64,000 nt of DNA, from assembly GCA_028023455.1 (NCBI GenBank), contig JAQFVV010000005.1:6448001-6512000 (forward strand), in the 5' to 3' direction. The translations under genes were made by a program, and so were the position numbers. Below are positions 13,800 to 27,479 of this stretch, in pieces (the first letter of the stretch is position 1; every line of letters starts with the position of its first letter). This DNA is from Epiperipatus broadwayi. Lineage: Eukaryota > Animalia > Onychophora. The notes below the pieces were generated by a model. That model made no database searches. It had not been told where the DNA came from and saw only the letters and a program-made list of their open reading frames with translations.

Positions 13800-13817
13800 T
13801 TGGGGCCAGTCCGGGAT
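13800..13817 (+). other. Primer-binding site, tRNA-Pro type
   Basis: TTGGGGCCAGTCCGGGAT lies 3 nt after the LTR end and matches 15/18 positions of the tRNA-Pro PBS TGGGGGCTCGTCCGGGAT. Confidence 0.8.
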
Positions 13818-14816
13818 GTCTATTGCTGTGCAGTCAGTGATCACATGTTGAATAAATTTTATAAAATAACGTAAATATTTTCTAAAATATAAATAAATTA
13901 ATATATGTGTTTTTAAAATATATAAAATTAGCATCGTAAGTTTTAATGATAAATAATAAAAAATAGTCGCATATATAAGTAAGTTGAAGAAATATATATG
14001 TGTGATTTAATAGTCGCATATTCCAGTTAAGCTAAAAAATAAATGGATGTATGAGTTCATAGTCGTAATATTAAAGTGTATTCAAATATAATTATAGCGA
14101 TCAAATATAGATCATCCAGATGTAATTGTTGTTAACGAAAAATAAACTAGTTAAGCTTAAAAAAAAAAGGAATTAAAAATAAAGGAAGGTTTTCATTATA
14201 AATAATCGCGTATATTAGTGAAGTGAGGAAAATATATATGTATGATTTTAAAAATAATCGTGAGGATAACTTCATCAATAAAGTACAAACATAGTGTGTG
14301 CAACAAAGGATGTTAGTATGCTAAAGAAATATATATGTGTATGATTTTTTTTAAACAGCCGTAACCTTAAAGTGATCAAAAATTATAAACGTAATATGAG
14401 AAAATATATATCAGAAATGCGTATTGTTGGAAATACAGTCAAATAGAATGAATTTAATTATATATATCATTAACAGAGAGAAATAAAGTATAGTATTTAA
14501 GTTAAGTTAAATTTAAAAAATATCTAAGTGCGTCATTTAGTTAAGTATAGTGAGTAAGAGTTGCATAAGTAGGGGAAATATAGGACAATCATCAAGGTGG
14601 GACAGGCAGTCAAATGAATCTAAGGCAGGCAAACAAGATGGTGAACCAGAGTGCGGATGTTTGGGTTGGCTAGCAGTCTAAATGCTAACTAATAGATAAC
14701 AAAGAAATTAAATAGCTAATCAAAGTAAAAGGCAAAGAGTCTGTAGAAAGAAATTTTTTATATAAATCTATCCAGAAGAGTTCAATAAAATAATACTAAT
14801 AAACACAGATCAAGGG

Positions 14817-16389
14817 TTGAATAAATTGATATCTATGCATACAAGGTCCCAAGCTAAAATGGACCTTCAAGAAAAGGAAGTAAGAGAAGGGAATGAAGAT
14901 ACGGAGATGGAAGTAAAAGATGAAACAAACTATAGTGATATAATGGATATGCTAAGGCAAATGAGGGTTGAGCAACAGCAATTCATGAAGGAATACATGG
15001 ACAGAGAAGAGAGAAGGATGGAAGAATGGCAGATAAAGATAGAAATGGACAACCAGAAAGGAATTGCTGAAGCCATAGAAGAGATTAGAAATGACTTCAT
15101 CCAGCAATCAGAGGCAAAGGACACAGGAAATAGTCATGACAGGGAAATTAAGTGGGATGAACAAAGGGGTATGGAGCCATATGTATATGATGAATTAGAT
15201 AGGGCTGAGAGTATAGATAGAGTCAGCAGAGTTTGATCTGAGGGTAGATATAGGATGGCCAGAAAGGGGAATAAGAAAGTTAGAAAAAGAAGAGGAAGTG
15301 GAAGTGATAAGAGTAGAAGATAGTAGGATACTGACAAGCATGCAAGAGGATATAAGTCAGATAGCGAAGGCAGTAGAAAGGTTAAACACAAAATTTGAAG
15401 AGAGGATAAGTAGGTCAGCCAATAACAGCGCCAATACCGATGTATAGGGCATAGGACCAAGAACCACTGGTGAATGTACAGATATGGGCCATGGGAGTCG
15501 CATGGATTATCCTGCTGGCTTCCACCAATTTCTAAAAATACAAGTTTTCACTGGAGATCCTGGAGAAAGCCCTATGGAGCACTTGGGAAGCCTGGAACGG
15601 TATTTCAAGTTTAGTAGGATGAATGAGGAGGCCAAGATAGTGGTCGCCTGCAGTCACTTGCAGGGCGAATCTCAAGTCTGGTGGAACTCACTGTCCAGAA
15701 ACCTACCACGTTTGCAGGGTATCACAAGGCTTTGAGGACCAGTTATTGGAGTGAGGAACTCCAAGAAGATATGCTGCATCGGATAACACAGGAGAAATGG
15801 AGACCGGGAGAATCATTTACAACATTCTTTCGCCGTCAAGTAGCCAAGCTATAGATGATGACCGCAAACCCATTATCTGAGATGCAAATACTCCAAATAA
15901 CTAGGCATGGGTTTCCAAAAGAGATAGAACAGGCACTAATCAGTACAGAGAGGAAGACGGTGGACAGTGTGGCCGAGTTGCTAAGTGCATTGGATACCAC
16001 CAGGGCTGATCAGAAGGAGGATGGATGTAAACCTAGACCGCCTCCAAAAGAACCACTTACAATAAAAAACGGATGTGATCCTAGTGAAGGATGATGGAAA
16101 GAAGACCAGAAATATTCTACAGGGTGGAACTCAAGGAGGCAGGAAAATGGACGACAAAGATTGGAGACGGAATGGAAGCGTCCATATGACAGAACTGAAG
16201 ACCAAGGACGTAGGGATCAAAATCCACATCCCAGAGGAGGCAGAGGTGAGGTCAATAGAGAAAGGCAACCTCCAGATAAAATATAAACACCATCATAAAG
16301 AAAGGATGCATTCGCTGATACCAGATTGGAAATGGAATTGGATCATGAGCAATGGTGAATGGACTTTAATATTGAACAGGATAATGTGA
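14817..16389 (+). pseudogene. gag: Disrupted Ty3/gypsy gag (coiled-coil N-terminus plus capsid-like domain)
   Basis: ORF pieces 14817-15236, 15484-15735, 15855-16094 and 16075-16389 can be joined across frameshifts (~15230, ~15705, ~16080) and two in-frame TAG stops. The joined capsid-like text reads FTGDPGESPMEHLGSLERYF...LQGESQVWW...TTFAGYHKALRTSYWSEELQ. Confidence 0.8.
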
Positions 16390-16484
16390 GGGAAGAATGA
16401 GCCAGTAAATGGCCAAACAGTGTAGAAGAATACTATACCCAAACTAAGACGAATCATCAGATAGATAGTAGTGTGAGATCATAG

Positions 16485-16550
16485 ATAGAGGCTGAAGGTG
16501 TGTAGGTATAGATATTTGTAGATGGATCTTAGCAGTATATGGTGAGCCTT
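16485..16550 (+). pseudogene. Possible retroviral-type aspartic protease remnant
   Basis: Reads IEAEGV*V*IFVDGS*QYMVS just downstream of gag, resembling the (I/L)VD(S/T)GSQ active-site region with stops and a codon loss. Confidence 0.35.
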
Positions 16551-17140
16551 CTCTGTTATGCATTCATGGGTGTTCTATGGTCACCAGATCTTATTAGATA
16601 GAGAAGATAGGGACAGAGATCCCCTTCTCATAATGACTCACTGAATTAAGATTTCCAGTTAGATATTTGACAAATATCGTGAGTCAATGGATTAGAAACC
16701 AATGTATGGGGAAGGAACCCTATTAAAAATACGAGCTATCAGTAAAATATTCTGAGCTCATGGATGAGCTGGATGAAAAGATGCCAGCATCCCAACCCAC
16801 CTCGGGATAGTGACCAGTGTTGTCACTTAGAGGATTATCGTTGTAAAATGTGAGGTATGAACAGGTTTAATCAAATCACAGAGATATCCTGTGGATTCGA
16901 ACCTGTATATACAAGTAGGAGGCAGAAATAAAACTCATGTATAGTTTATAGCAAGATTAAATCGGTTTAGTAATACTGGTTGGGTCGTTAGAGTATGAAT
17001 GTAAGTTGCCTGGTCGGCCTCTCTAGGAATAATCTCATCACTAAGTTGTAGGAGTACATAGATATGAGATGGTTCTAACAGTAGTTAGGAGCATCTAGCT
17101 TTCAGTGCATTAAATTAAAATTTTTTAAGAAAAAATTTTA

Positions 17141-17156
17141 AAGGAGGGGAACGGGG
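17141..17156 (+). other. Polypurine tract, preceded by an 11-bp palindrome (17116-17140)
   Basis: AAGGAGGGGAACGGGG ends 3 nt before the 3' LTR; TAAAATTTTTT-aag-AAAAAATTTTA lies immediately upstream. Confidence 0.85.
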
Positions 17157-17159
17157 TAA

Positions 17160-18855
17160 TGTGATGATTGCACATACTGCAATCACACATAGTTATTTAA
17201 CATTTAAAGAATATTAAATATTGTGTTTGGAATACTAAAAAGTGAGTTTAAAAAATTATAAACAAAGAAATGTTTTAATTAAGAAAAGAGAGGGAATTAG
17301 AATTGAAAAGATTCTTATCTTTTACCCTCCAAAGTCAAGATTTTGTGAAATGAAAAATAAGTAAAGTTAGAAATATTGAAATTGTACATTAGAAAATTTA
17401 ATAGTGATAAAGAAATATAAATGAAAGACAAACTAAAATATGATGTATAAGAAAAAGTAAAGTTTTAAGAGTTTAAATAAGATTAAAACAGAAAGTTTAA
17501 AACATGACCAAAAGATAAGGATCTGGGTCATAAAAGTACACATTTGACGATAAAATGAAATGCGTGAATGGAGTATATATGAACTATGATAAAGACAGAA
17601 AAAATTAATGCTTGTCAAAATAAAAATAAAAAAACATTTATTTAAAAATCTGTGTAATTAAAAGAAAAAAAAAGAAAGAAAGAAATGTACATAGTGCTAC
17701 GAAATTATGTAAAGGCAAATCTATATAATTGGCCGAAGGCACATTCAGAAAAGGAAAGGTGTGAACAAAAGCGAAAACAAAGGATCGAAAGTACAAAAAC
17801 CTGGGGAATTTTAATTAAAAAGTATTATTAGAGATTAGTAGAGTTGGAGACTTCTTGTTGAGACATTGGTGGAAATACTGCTCTGATAATAAGCAGCCAT
17901 AATTAACAAGAAATGATTTCTAACATCAGTGACTCATCAAGAATGGCTGGCTAAGGGCCGTCGTGATCGCTTGCCGATTCAAACCTCCCGTGCTCTAATG
18001 GTTCCCGTCTAGATGTAACAACTGCCGACGTAGCGCCTGCCGGAGGGTTCGTTTTGTCTGGTCCTTGATGTCCTAAATGCGAAGGAGTTCCCACAACCAA
18101 AATCTAACCTAAGAGTGACCGTTCCCTGCTAAAGAAGTGGAGAAATTCCATGTGGCGGTCATCAAGACTTCAAGTTAATTCAGAGATTTAATAACCTAGG
18201 TAAATATGTATATTACCTTTTATATTTACATGTGCACATACCTTGAATTTCGACAATGGCCAAGTTCTTGCTTTGAATGATACAGACATTCTTTAACCTT
18301 TTTTTTACGTATACACGGAGTGAGGATTATAAATGTACAATCATTTATAGGATCTTTTTTTATATATATCTTTTAATCGTAGCATTATAGCATAAATGTG
18401 TTTATTGTTTGTAAATGATTTAAATTGTTTTTTTTATTGTTTAATTTATTGTATTAAATATCTTTTAATGATTTAAATCTGTTTCATCTCATTTTTCGCC
18501 ACTCCAAACAGTAATATATTCGTAGGGGTTGGGAAATAATTATTACTCATTTAGAGTACTGAATTAACACGTGTAGCTGGTGATGCAGTATTTTGATCCC
18601 ATTAAAATTTATAAATATCCAAGCGCTGTAACTCTTTAAATCTTACAGCAGTCGGGAGATAGTGACCGGGAAAGATAACCTGGGGCTATACCAGTATAGT
18701 TATAGGTTCGGTCAAGTACGGATATAGACTCGTTTATGTCCATATGTTCTCTCTGCTTGCGGTAGCGGAAAGTGGACCATCTTGAATTTTAAGAATTCCC
18801 CATTATATATAAATAAAATAGAAGTTAAGCTTTCGATCGGCGTGTTTCCGTTACA
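17160..18855 (+). repeat. 3' LTR (1696 bp)
   Basis: TGTGATGA...GTTACA, followed by the ATAA TSD; direct repeat of 12100-13796. Confidence 0.95.
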
Positions 18856-21800
18856 ATAAGTAGTGAAAAATTAACACTAACATATAAGAGTATTTATAAA
18901 ATATATTCCTTACAGATTTACTCATCTATATAAAGATAACTAACCCCATTTTAACTTTCCCTGAGATTGAACTTAAGAACCCATAAATCTTGCCATGTAT
19001 CACAGTGTTATATAAGTTTAATAGTTACTTACATTTATTTATACAATCTAAACCTAAAATAAATCCCATTTAATCCCATTCAATATGGCTAATAATATTA
19101 AGTCAAATATTACATGTACATGGCATAGTAATATCTGAGAAATTTTATTACATTAATAATAATAATATTAACTAACTAAGAAAGAAATAATTATGAGAAA
19201 ATGCATTAAATAATTCTCAAACAATTGTGACAATTTAAAATTTATCTCATTGAAATATTGATACTTGAAAAATGTTTGAGAGTTTTTGGGAATTTGCAAA
19301 CACTTAAACTAACAGCATCACAGATGATGGAAAGCACAAATAAGTTCATCTTGTAATATAATTCTTTCTGAAACAAAACAAAAATTAATAAATTTTACTT
19401 AGCATACTTGTTAATCTAAGGTAATTATATTTAACACATTAATCTGTTTTTAAGATTGTTTATGACTTTGACATTTATCATATTTAAGATTTGTCTCGAT
19501 AATCCATAATTTATGAGTGGCATTTTAATATTTATCTTTCCTAATCCATTATTTATGGATGGCATTCAAATATTTAGCATTGAAAAATCCGTACTGCATT
19601 TCTTTAAGCACTGGATATAGTGTTATTACACACAACAGTTTAATTTCATTTCAACAGATGGGATAATTTTATCCAAAGTATTAGCATTCATTACTTTTTT
19701 AATTTGGAATATAATTACTCTATTTACTTATATGTCTTCAATTCTTGTTGCTAATGGTTCTGATTGTATCTCTGATAAATTAATTATCCATAACAAAATG
19801 ATTTTCATTACTTTTTGAATCAAAGTTCATTTCTCTAAGTGACAAATTTATGGAGGGATATTTGAGTTGCAAAATTATTGTTCAAAGTTTTTCCTTACAT
19901 AATTAAAGATGAGACAATTCACCGTATTGAGACAAAAATGCATTTTTTCTTAGTAAAGAAAATAGTTATTATTACAATAATTTGAAAATAAAAATCAGCT
20001 ACTTGTTTGAAGTTAATAAATATAATTTTTCAAATCTGTCAGCTATTTACCATTATTTTCAATTGAAGAAATCCAGTATTTTATTGAAATAGTGAGAAAG
20101 CATTACATAAGTCAATTTGTCCATTTTCCCACTAACAGTTGGCTGTAATAAAGGATAATTCTTGAAATAAAGAATTAGTGAATTAATTAATGATAGTTTT
20201 TGGTTTATCTGTGGTTCATCTTTTTCTAGTACAATGAGAAGTCATTTTGCTAAGCAAATGCCTAGACTAGCTGATCATCATGTAGATGGCAAAGAAAATG
20301 ACGATTTAAAAATTTGAACCTGTTTAGGCAGTGAATGCAATAAAAATTTGTGAAGACTATCTGCAACTCCAGATTTTATATCAGTTATCACATGATGTCT
20401 GGATTACAGAATATTCTCCATATTTTATTGGGGTTTCTTGGTTTGTCTACTAAATATTAGAAGAGGTTGTTACAGTTATTTCCAGCAAGTGTTAGAGTTA
20501 AGATTTCTTTGAACCAATGAATCTTAAATCTTTAGAAACACCATTTAAAAATTAAGAAAAAAAAAAGAAAACAATTGCAGACTTTTCCAATGCTTTCACT
20601 TTCATTTCTGGGTTTTAAAATAACTCAAGCATTTATTTAAAATAAATAAATCATAAAACTTAATAGTTCTGAGATATTCAGTTAAATGTAAATTAATTTT
20701 TTAATGAATATCATTAAATAAATATTTTAGCAAAGTAAATCAATCTTTGCTAAATCTAAAATTTAAACATGTAATCTTCAACACAAACACACAAAATATA
20801 ACAACTGTTTATTATGCACATAAATAAAAATGTAATCTAAATGTAATTGCTTTACCTCAAAATATTTTAGTGTGGTAATGTTAAATTTATAATCTATTTT
20901 TTTACTTCTGTATAAAATTAGTTGTTTTATCTTTGCTCTTTGACAAGAATAATGACAAAATATATGCTACTTCTTTTATATAAGGATCGATAATAAAATC
21001 TGCTTAGAAAGCCATTAAAAAATGCTTTATAAAATTATATTTCTCATACACATTAGTACAAGAGATTATTAAACATGATTTTGGTTATATTCTATGCTAT
21101 ATACAATCAATGAGAACAATTAAAGCCGATTAAATTTTTTTATTTTTTAAAATATAATAGCCAGTTTACAGTAATATTGTAAGATTACAATTTATAGCAA
21201 TAGTAGCTCAACTAGATATGCATAATGATGGAGAACGAGTTATAAATTTACCAAGCATTCACAAAAAGTGTTTACACTTTTGGCTGAGATTGAAAAGGAA
21301 TTTTACTATGTACCAGCTGATGACTATTTATGAAAACCATTTACATGATAATAAATTTGTTCCACAAAGATGATAAATCTTCTGAAAATTAAATAAATAA
21401 AATTTTGAAAATGTTTAATATGACTTTCGACTAAATGAGAAATCGTTTCAGGAATGGTTTGATAACACATTGTAATAAAAAGCATATTTACTTTTAATCT
21501 AACAGTTTTATTCTTCATAATTACTTAACAATATAGTTTAGTATGGATATCACTTATCAATGGATTTGAATAAAAGGTTGCCAAAATGAAGTTTGAACTT
21601 AGTCATAAAGCTATTATATATATATATATAAATTAATAAAATACAAATAAGTTGTTTTGGAATTATTTCTAGATGGTCCAAATACTTGGGAAAAATACAT
21701 GAGTAGGATTGTTATTTAAAGATAAGGATAAAGACCAGTTGTGATAGTTTCAATGATCTATAAGGTATTTTTACTTGTGTGATAATTAAATGAATGGAAA

Positions 21801-23973
21801 AGAATAATATTGAGACAAATACAAGCTTTTAAAGTTGATAGGTTTATAGATAATAGTTTATATATAATATAATTTACATAGATGAGTAAGACATTTGAAA
21901 ATATAGAGAAATGCTTATAAAATAGTGAATAGAAATAAATTGTTGACACTGTTAATTTAAAATGTGAATGGATAAAAAATTAACCATTTTTTAATATGAA
22001 AATAACTATTACATTTATTATTTAGAATATAGAGAAGTCTGGGTTAAAAATAATTTAGAATTAAGACAAGGATACCCTATATTGCCTTTATTGCTTTTAC
22101 TATATTTAAAAGAAATGGGGTTGGTACTAGGATTAGAAAGAGTTCTTATATATATATATGAAGGGGAAATGTTATATGTTTTATCAATTCTATTTTGTTT
22201 TCTATATGCAGAAATTAATGAAGATTATTAATTTTTTCAATTTTTTAATATTTTAACATTTTCTTTCTTTTTTTTTTTTTTAGATTGGCAGTAAATCATT
22301 TCTGAAAAACTCTTATTTACAAAATATGTAGAATAAAGTTATTGGTATGGCATCAGATCAGAACTGGTTCATATAAATGCATTTTTTTAAATTTGGATTT
22401 TTTTATAACATTGTCAAAGTTGTTGGTAAGCTTATGTTTACGGGATTCCAGTTTTCCATTCTGATGATTCCCTGAACATATAATTAGTTATACATGAAGG
22501 ATATTATCTTTATTGGAAATACAGCAAATGTGGACTCTGTAGGTAAACATCCAGTTTAATTCATCAGTAACACAAACTTCAGATTTTTATAAGAAATGCC
22601 CAGAAATAGATCAATTTCATGTTGTAAATTAATAGGAATAAGAATCTCCACAAGAATCTTTGCCCAGATTTTGTATAAGAATTAATTGATTTATAAATGT
22701 TTTTAGACTGGGAATCATAATTGACCTATCCATGGAGTTGTCTATTGGGAGACTAATAATAATAACTAAAACACTAACTGATTAAATAACTTAGCCAGTG
22801 TTTGGCTAAGAATGGAAGTACCTGGATTTGATTGCTTCTTAATATTTGTAATTTTCCCTTGTTAGGTTTTTAATTAGTATTAGCACTATGTACTGTATGC
22901 ATCAAAATTAGGATTTCAAAAATCTATATAATTTTAAAATTTTTTGATTTGAAACTTTAGATATAATGCAATAATTTTAAACATGAAATGCACTTTTTTA
23001 AATCAATGTTTAGAAATTTATTTTTATTGGTGATTTTAAACTGCATGCTTGGAAATTATATTTTGAATGTTATAAGTTGTTATGAATTGATGCAACTTAA
23101 AACTGCCCGCCTCAACTGTTAAAAGCAGTCTGTTTTTAATATCTTAAACGGAAGAAATATTTTCTGCATAATACATTTTATTACTTCACTGTGATTATTA
23201 TATGAAACTTCTTATCATTTATGTAAATGATGTTAATTTTTATTTGTTGCTTTCATACATTTTAAAATCTAAAAATTGTTGACAAATTTTTAAGTTACTT
23301 AATTTGACTTTTCTTGCATTCCAATACTAGAAAATTACTTTTAACACAGAATCTGAAAATAATTTTTTGAGGAAATAAATTTAATATCGTTAGTTTTTTT
23401 TTTTTTTAATAGTTTGTATTTCAAACTAATAAATTGCCTATTCTTGAGAAAAGAAGGTCCATCATTAAAAACGCACTTTAAGAAAATAATAGTTCATCAT
23501 AAAAATATATATAATATATTTTAAAATTAAATCACCCCACATGGTTTAATGTTTAATATTTGTATATTTGGTTAGTATAGCATTATGCACTGGGATTATT
23601 TTCTATAATATTCTTTGTATTCAGTAGTTTGTGAAAAATAGAATTATAGATAGTTTTATTTATGTGGAGAAAAGTGTATCATGCAAAAATGTAAAGCAGT
23701 TAAAATTAATTATTCATAGTGTTTTGAACACTATTTGAAAAAATGAAAAAAAAAACTGAAAAATATTTTCTTTGGTCAAATTGTGAATGAGTATCAATTT
23801 TTTTTAGAAAATAACTGAATTAGTTATAAAAAAATTCTTAAAAAATTAAAGGTACTCTATTTGAACTTAATCAGTTTCAAAATTTTTTGTATAAACATCA
23901 CATATTTGCAAGATAAAAAAAATTCTCCTAATATCTAATATGAATAAAGATTTCTTTTTTATAATTTTTCAAA

Positions 23974-24774
23974 ATGGATGAAAAGGTTTTAAAAAAAAAA
24001 GAAAAGTTTATTAATGATGTAAATAATTACAAGGCTACTCAAACAAATACTTTAAAATTATCTGAAACATTTTATCGTAAATCAAAACATTTACATTTTA
24101 ATTTATGTGATAAAACTACTCAAAAACACGATTTGAAAACATTGGACAACTCTCATAATTATTTTTCTTGTTTTTTGTGTGGTTATAAAACTATTTACAG
24201 AAAAGATTTACAGAAGCATAACATAATTCATACAGGAGAAAAGCCTTTTCATTGTCACTTATGTGACTACAAGGCTGCTCAAAGAAGTAATTTAATGAGA
24301 CATGAAAAAAATCACCGTGGAGAAAAACCGTTCAAGTGCAGCATTTGTGATTTCAAGGGGGCTTACAAATATGTTATAAAAGTGCATGAAAGAACACATA
24401 CGAGAGAAAAACCTTTCCATTGCAACTTTTGTGATTACAGGGCCAATTATAAAAATGATGTGAAAAAACATGAAATAAATCATATGGGGAACAAACTTTT
24501 TCACTGTAGATTCTGTAATTACAAATCTGCTCGACATAGTTGTGTAATAAAACATGTAAAAATTCATTTTGAAGGTAAAAATTGTTTGTATTTTTACTTA
24601 TACTATTGCAAAGTCATTCAAAAAGATACAGAAGACAAATGTCACATTATTCCTGAATTCTTTAAGTGCTCCTTATGTGATTATAAAAATGCAGAGAAAA
24701 ATGTTATGGTGAATCATGAAAGGAATCATTTCACTGGTACAGACACTCTTGATTTTCTTGTACAATTTATTTAG
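23974..24774 (+). CDS. C2H2 zinc-finger protein (ZNF-A): 5 tandem fingers plus 1 detached C-terminal finger
   Basis: 266-aa ORF with repeated F-x-C-x2-C-x-Y-K...H-x3-H units and TGEKP-type linkers; ends FKCSLCDYKNAEKNVMVNHERNHFTGTDTLDFLVQFI. Upstream exons are not defined. Confidence 0.88.
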   Translation: MDEKVLKKKEKFINDVNNYKATQTNTLKLSETFYRKSKHLHFNLCDKTTQKHDLKTLDNSHNYFSCFLCGYKTIYRKDLQKHNIIHTGEKPFHCHLCDYKAAQRSNLMRHEKNHRGEKPFKCSICDFKGAYKYVIKVHERTHTREKPFHCNFCDYRANYKNDVKKHEINHMGNKLFHCRFCNYKSARHSCVIKHVKIHFEGKNCLYFYLYYCKVIQKDTEDKCHIIPEFFKCSLCDYKNAEKNVMVNHERNHFTGTDTLDFLVQFI

Positions 24775-27479
24775 TAAGTATTAAGTACAATTTTGGATAA
24801 CTTTTATATCATGATAAAAAGATAATGTATTAAAATAATTACATTCTCCATCCTTTTGACACAACATTCTGAAGTGAATCATCAGATCGAAATGTAAAAG
24901 AGAGTGTATATTATGATTCACAATAAATATATATATGTACTATATTTTCATTGAAAATATAAATATATGAATGTATATAAGTTATGTACATTTGTAGTAA
25001 AACTTCTGTATTGAACAATATTAGAATTTAAACAAATTTTTAAAAATCATGTAATATATTATATAATCTATCAAAATTACAGGACTAGTAACAAAATGCA
25101 AATTTCTTATTATTGTTTCTATTTTATTGTAAACAACCTATTTTGGTTTTAACATTTAATGTTATATATTTTATTTGAAAATTTTCAATGTAAATTAGAG
25201 TAAAATGATAAAATATGTGTGTTGAATGTAATGTCTTTCTAACAAATAGACATTAATGATATCTGCAATAAAAAAGTAGGAAACATATAAAACTTAAAAG
25301 CGAATATCAAAATATATTCTATAACAAACTTAAGTTGTTTTTTTTTATTTGTTTTTTTTTTTTTTTAGTGAAATGGTTAATATTATGATCATATGTATAA
25401 TTACAGTCAATTTTTTAAAAACTTATTACGTTTTGGAATTACAATCTGAAAAGTACTTCCTTACAGTTAAAATCTTTAGATTAAGATAATATCGTTGGAA
25501 GTTCTATTTTTTATTGCTTTAATATCGGCAATGATAGGGTCATTTTCATCTAATAATACCTGAAAAGAATTGTAGAGTTTATTCAGAAAAAAAATCTATT
25601 CTGGTTAATAGTAAACATGAGAAAATTATGTATATAAATATTTTAAGATTTTCTTTCAAATAATTAATCACAATTACTGATGATTAAGTTGTTAAGTTTA
25701 AAATTACTCTTATTCATGAGTGTAAAATCTTATCTCTGAACTCCTTTATTTAATCTGATTATTTTTATTTATATAACATTGGCAAACATTTGTGGATGGA
25801 TATATTTGTAACAGAGAAAATGGAACTGCAAATTAATCCCAATTGAAGAATTAAAAATTTAGAATTTCCACATGTTGTATATTATTAAATAAATAAATAT
25901 GCAAAAGATTTATTGTTTGGTAAAGTTCGTAAGAAATTTAAACATCAGAAGTGACAGATCTGAATTCAATCCATGAACCTTCAGGTCCAAAGGCTGCCAT
26001 TTTAGGACATAATATATTGCTTTAAATTTCTAATAACTTTTGGGTGAAAAAAAAAAAGAGAATAAATTAAATTATTTTTAATAAATTGTTTCTAAATATA
26101 TACAATCTCTTTGAATTCATCTGATGAATTACATAATTTTGATGTCTTTTTTTACTATGTGGATGATGAACATATGATAGTAGGGTAAAGCAACTATGAA
26201 ATCAGGTATAAAGTAATCGAAATAAAAAAAATGGCTACATTTCAATTTTTCCCTTAGTGATCTGATTATTGGATGTAATTACATAATTAACTTTGTATAG
26301 TCTATAGTAGTTATTTTTAATATATTTTTATTTAATTATTTAGACTATTCACTTATTATGAAGTATTTGCTTTTACAAATTTTGTCACAATGTAAAGATC
26401 AATAAAAGCTTTTTTTTATTTTCATTGATTTGTTATTTTAGATACTACATATTTATAATCATTACTAAACCTATCATTATAGGTTGTAGATTATATAAGT
26501 AGAATTTAGTTAGAATAACTACTAGAGATGGCGGAAACTGTGGAGCCATAATCTTAATCTTTTCCTACAAATCAGAAGCAATGCTTTAATTAACTAAATT
26601 ATTAAATTTTCTGCATGAAAAAGATGCAGAAAATCATTAGATGAGATTAGTAATCTTTGCAGTAAGTTGTCTAAAGATTCTATATTTGAGATTTCATAAT
26701 TAATTAGCAGTCTTTAATAAATATACCAAGTCAGTCTGCATTGAATTAAAAGTATTACAAAAATTAATTTCATGTATTAGTTATCAAAACAATTAGACAT
26801 CAAATAAAATTACATAATTTTTAAACTGCTGCTACAAATAAGTGTGAGAAATAACCAGATAATTACACTATTTTATGATTGAGATTTAATGTTTATTACA
26901 TCAGAGTGTGTATGATATTGCTGAAACATATTTTACTCCATTGCTGCCATTCTGAGCATCAGTAATCAATAGACTATAGTTAATAGTGCTTATTAAATCC
27001 ATATGCAGTTCTAATATCTGTTGAGTACTGTGGCTTATGATAGATGGCTGGAATGACATGAAATAAATAGTACCATATTACTTTGAATTTAAGATGCATC
27101 CAAATTTAAGACACAGTAGGATTTTAAGTTCGAAAAATTGAGAAAAAAATATCACCTGAATTTAAGATGCATTTATATATATTTAAATATGAAACTAATA
27201 TAAATACAATATAACTCACCTAATTTATTGTGAATCTTCTTGAGATATATAGTTCTTTCACTTTCTATATCTTCACATTCAGAACTTATATTCACATTTC
27301 ATTATTCCATCAGATACATCATCTTTAACCCATTTAAATTGCAGCCAAATATTACAATTTCTTTTGTCAATTTGCTTTCATGTAAAGTACATTTTTCTAT
27401 TGAAATCTGAATCATTCTTCTAAAATAATTTACATTTTTACAAAGATTTTCTGGAAAAAGTTTTAAATGTGTAAAATAA

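Larger units (their letters stand above)
12100..18855 (+). mobile_element. Full-length non-autonomous Ty3/gypsy-like LTR retrotransposon (gag-containing, pol-deleted)
   Basis: Two ~1.7-kb LTRs with TG...CA ends; 4-bp TSD ATAA (12096-12099 and 18856-18859); tRNA-Pro-like PBS; PPT; disrupted gag. The 3.36-kb internal region has no room for RT/RNase H/integrase. Confidence 0.93.

Noticed and set aside
13653-13934. 93-aa minus-strand ORF
   Set aside because: Spans the LTR end and PBS, with no recognisable motif.
14930-15460. Minus-strand ORFs 14930-15124 and 15134-15460
   Set aside because: Antisense to purine-rich gag; compositional artefacts.
12374-17618. Near-identical 61-aa ORFs at 12374-12559 and 17433-17618
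   Set aside because: The similarity is explained by the two LTRs; low-complexity F/I/L composition and no domain.
24292-24567. 91-aa minus-strand ORF
   Set aside because: Antisense shadow of the ZNF-A finger repeats.
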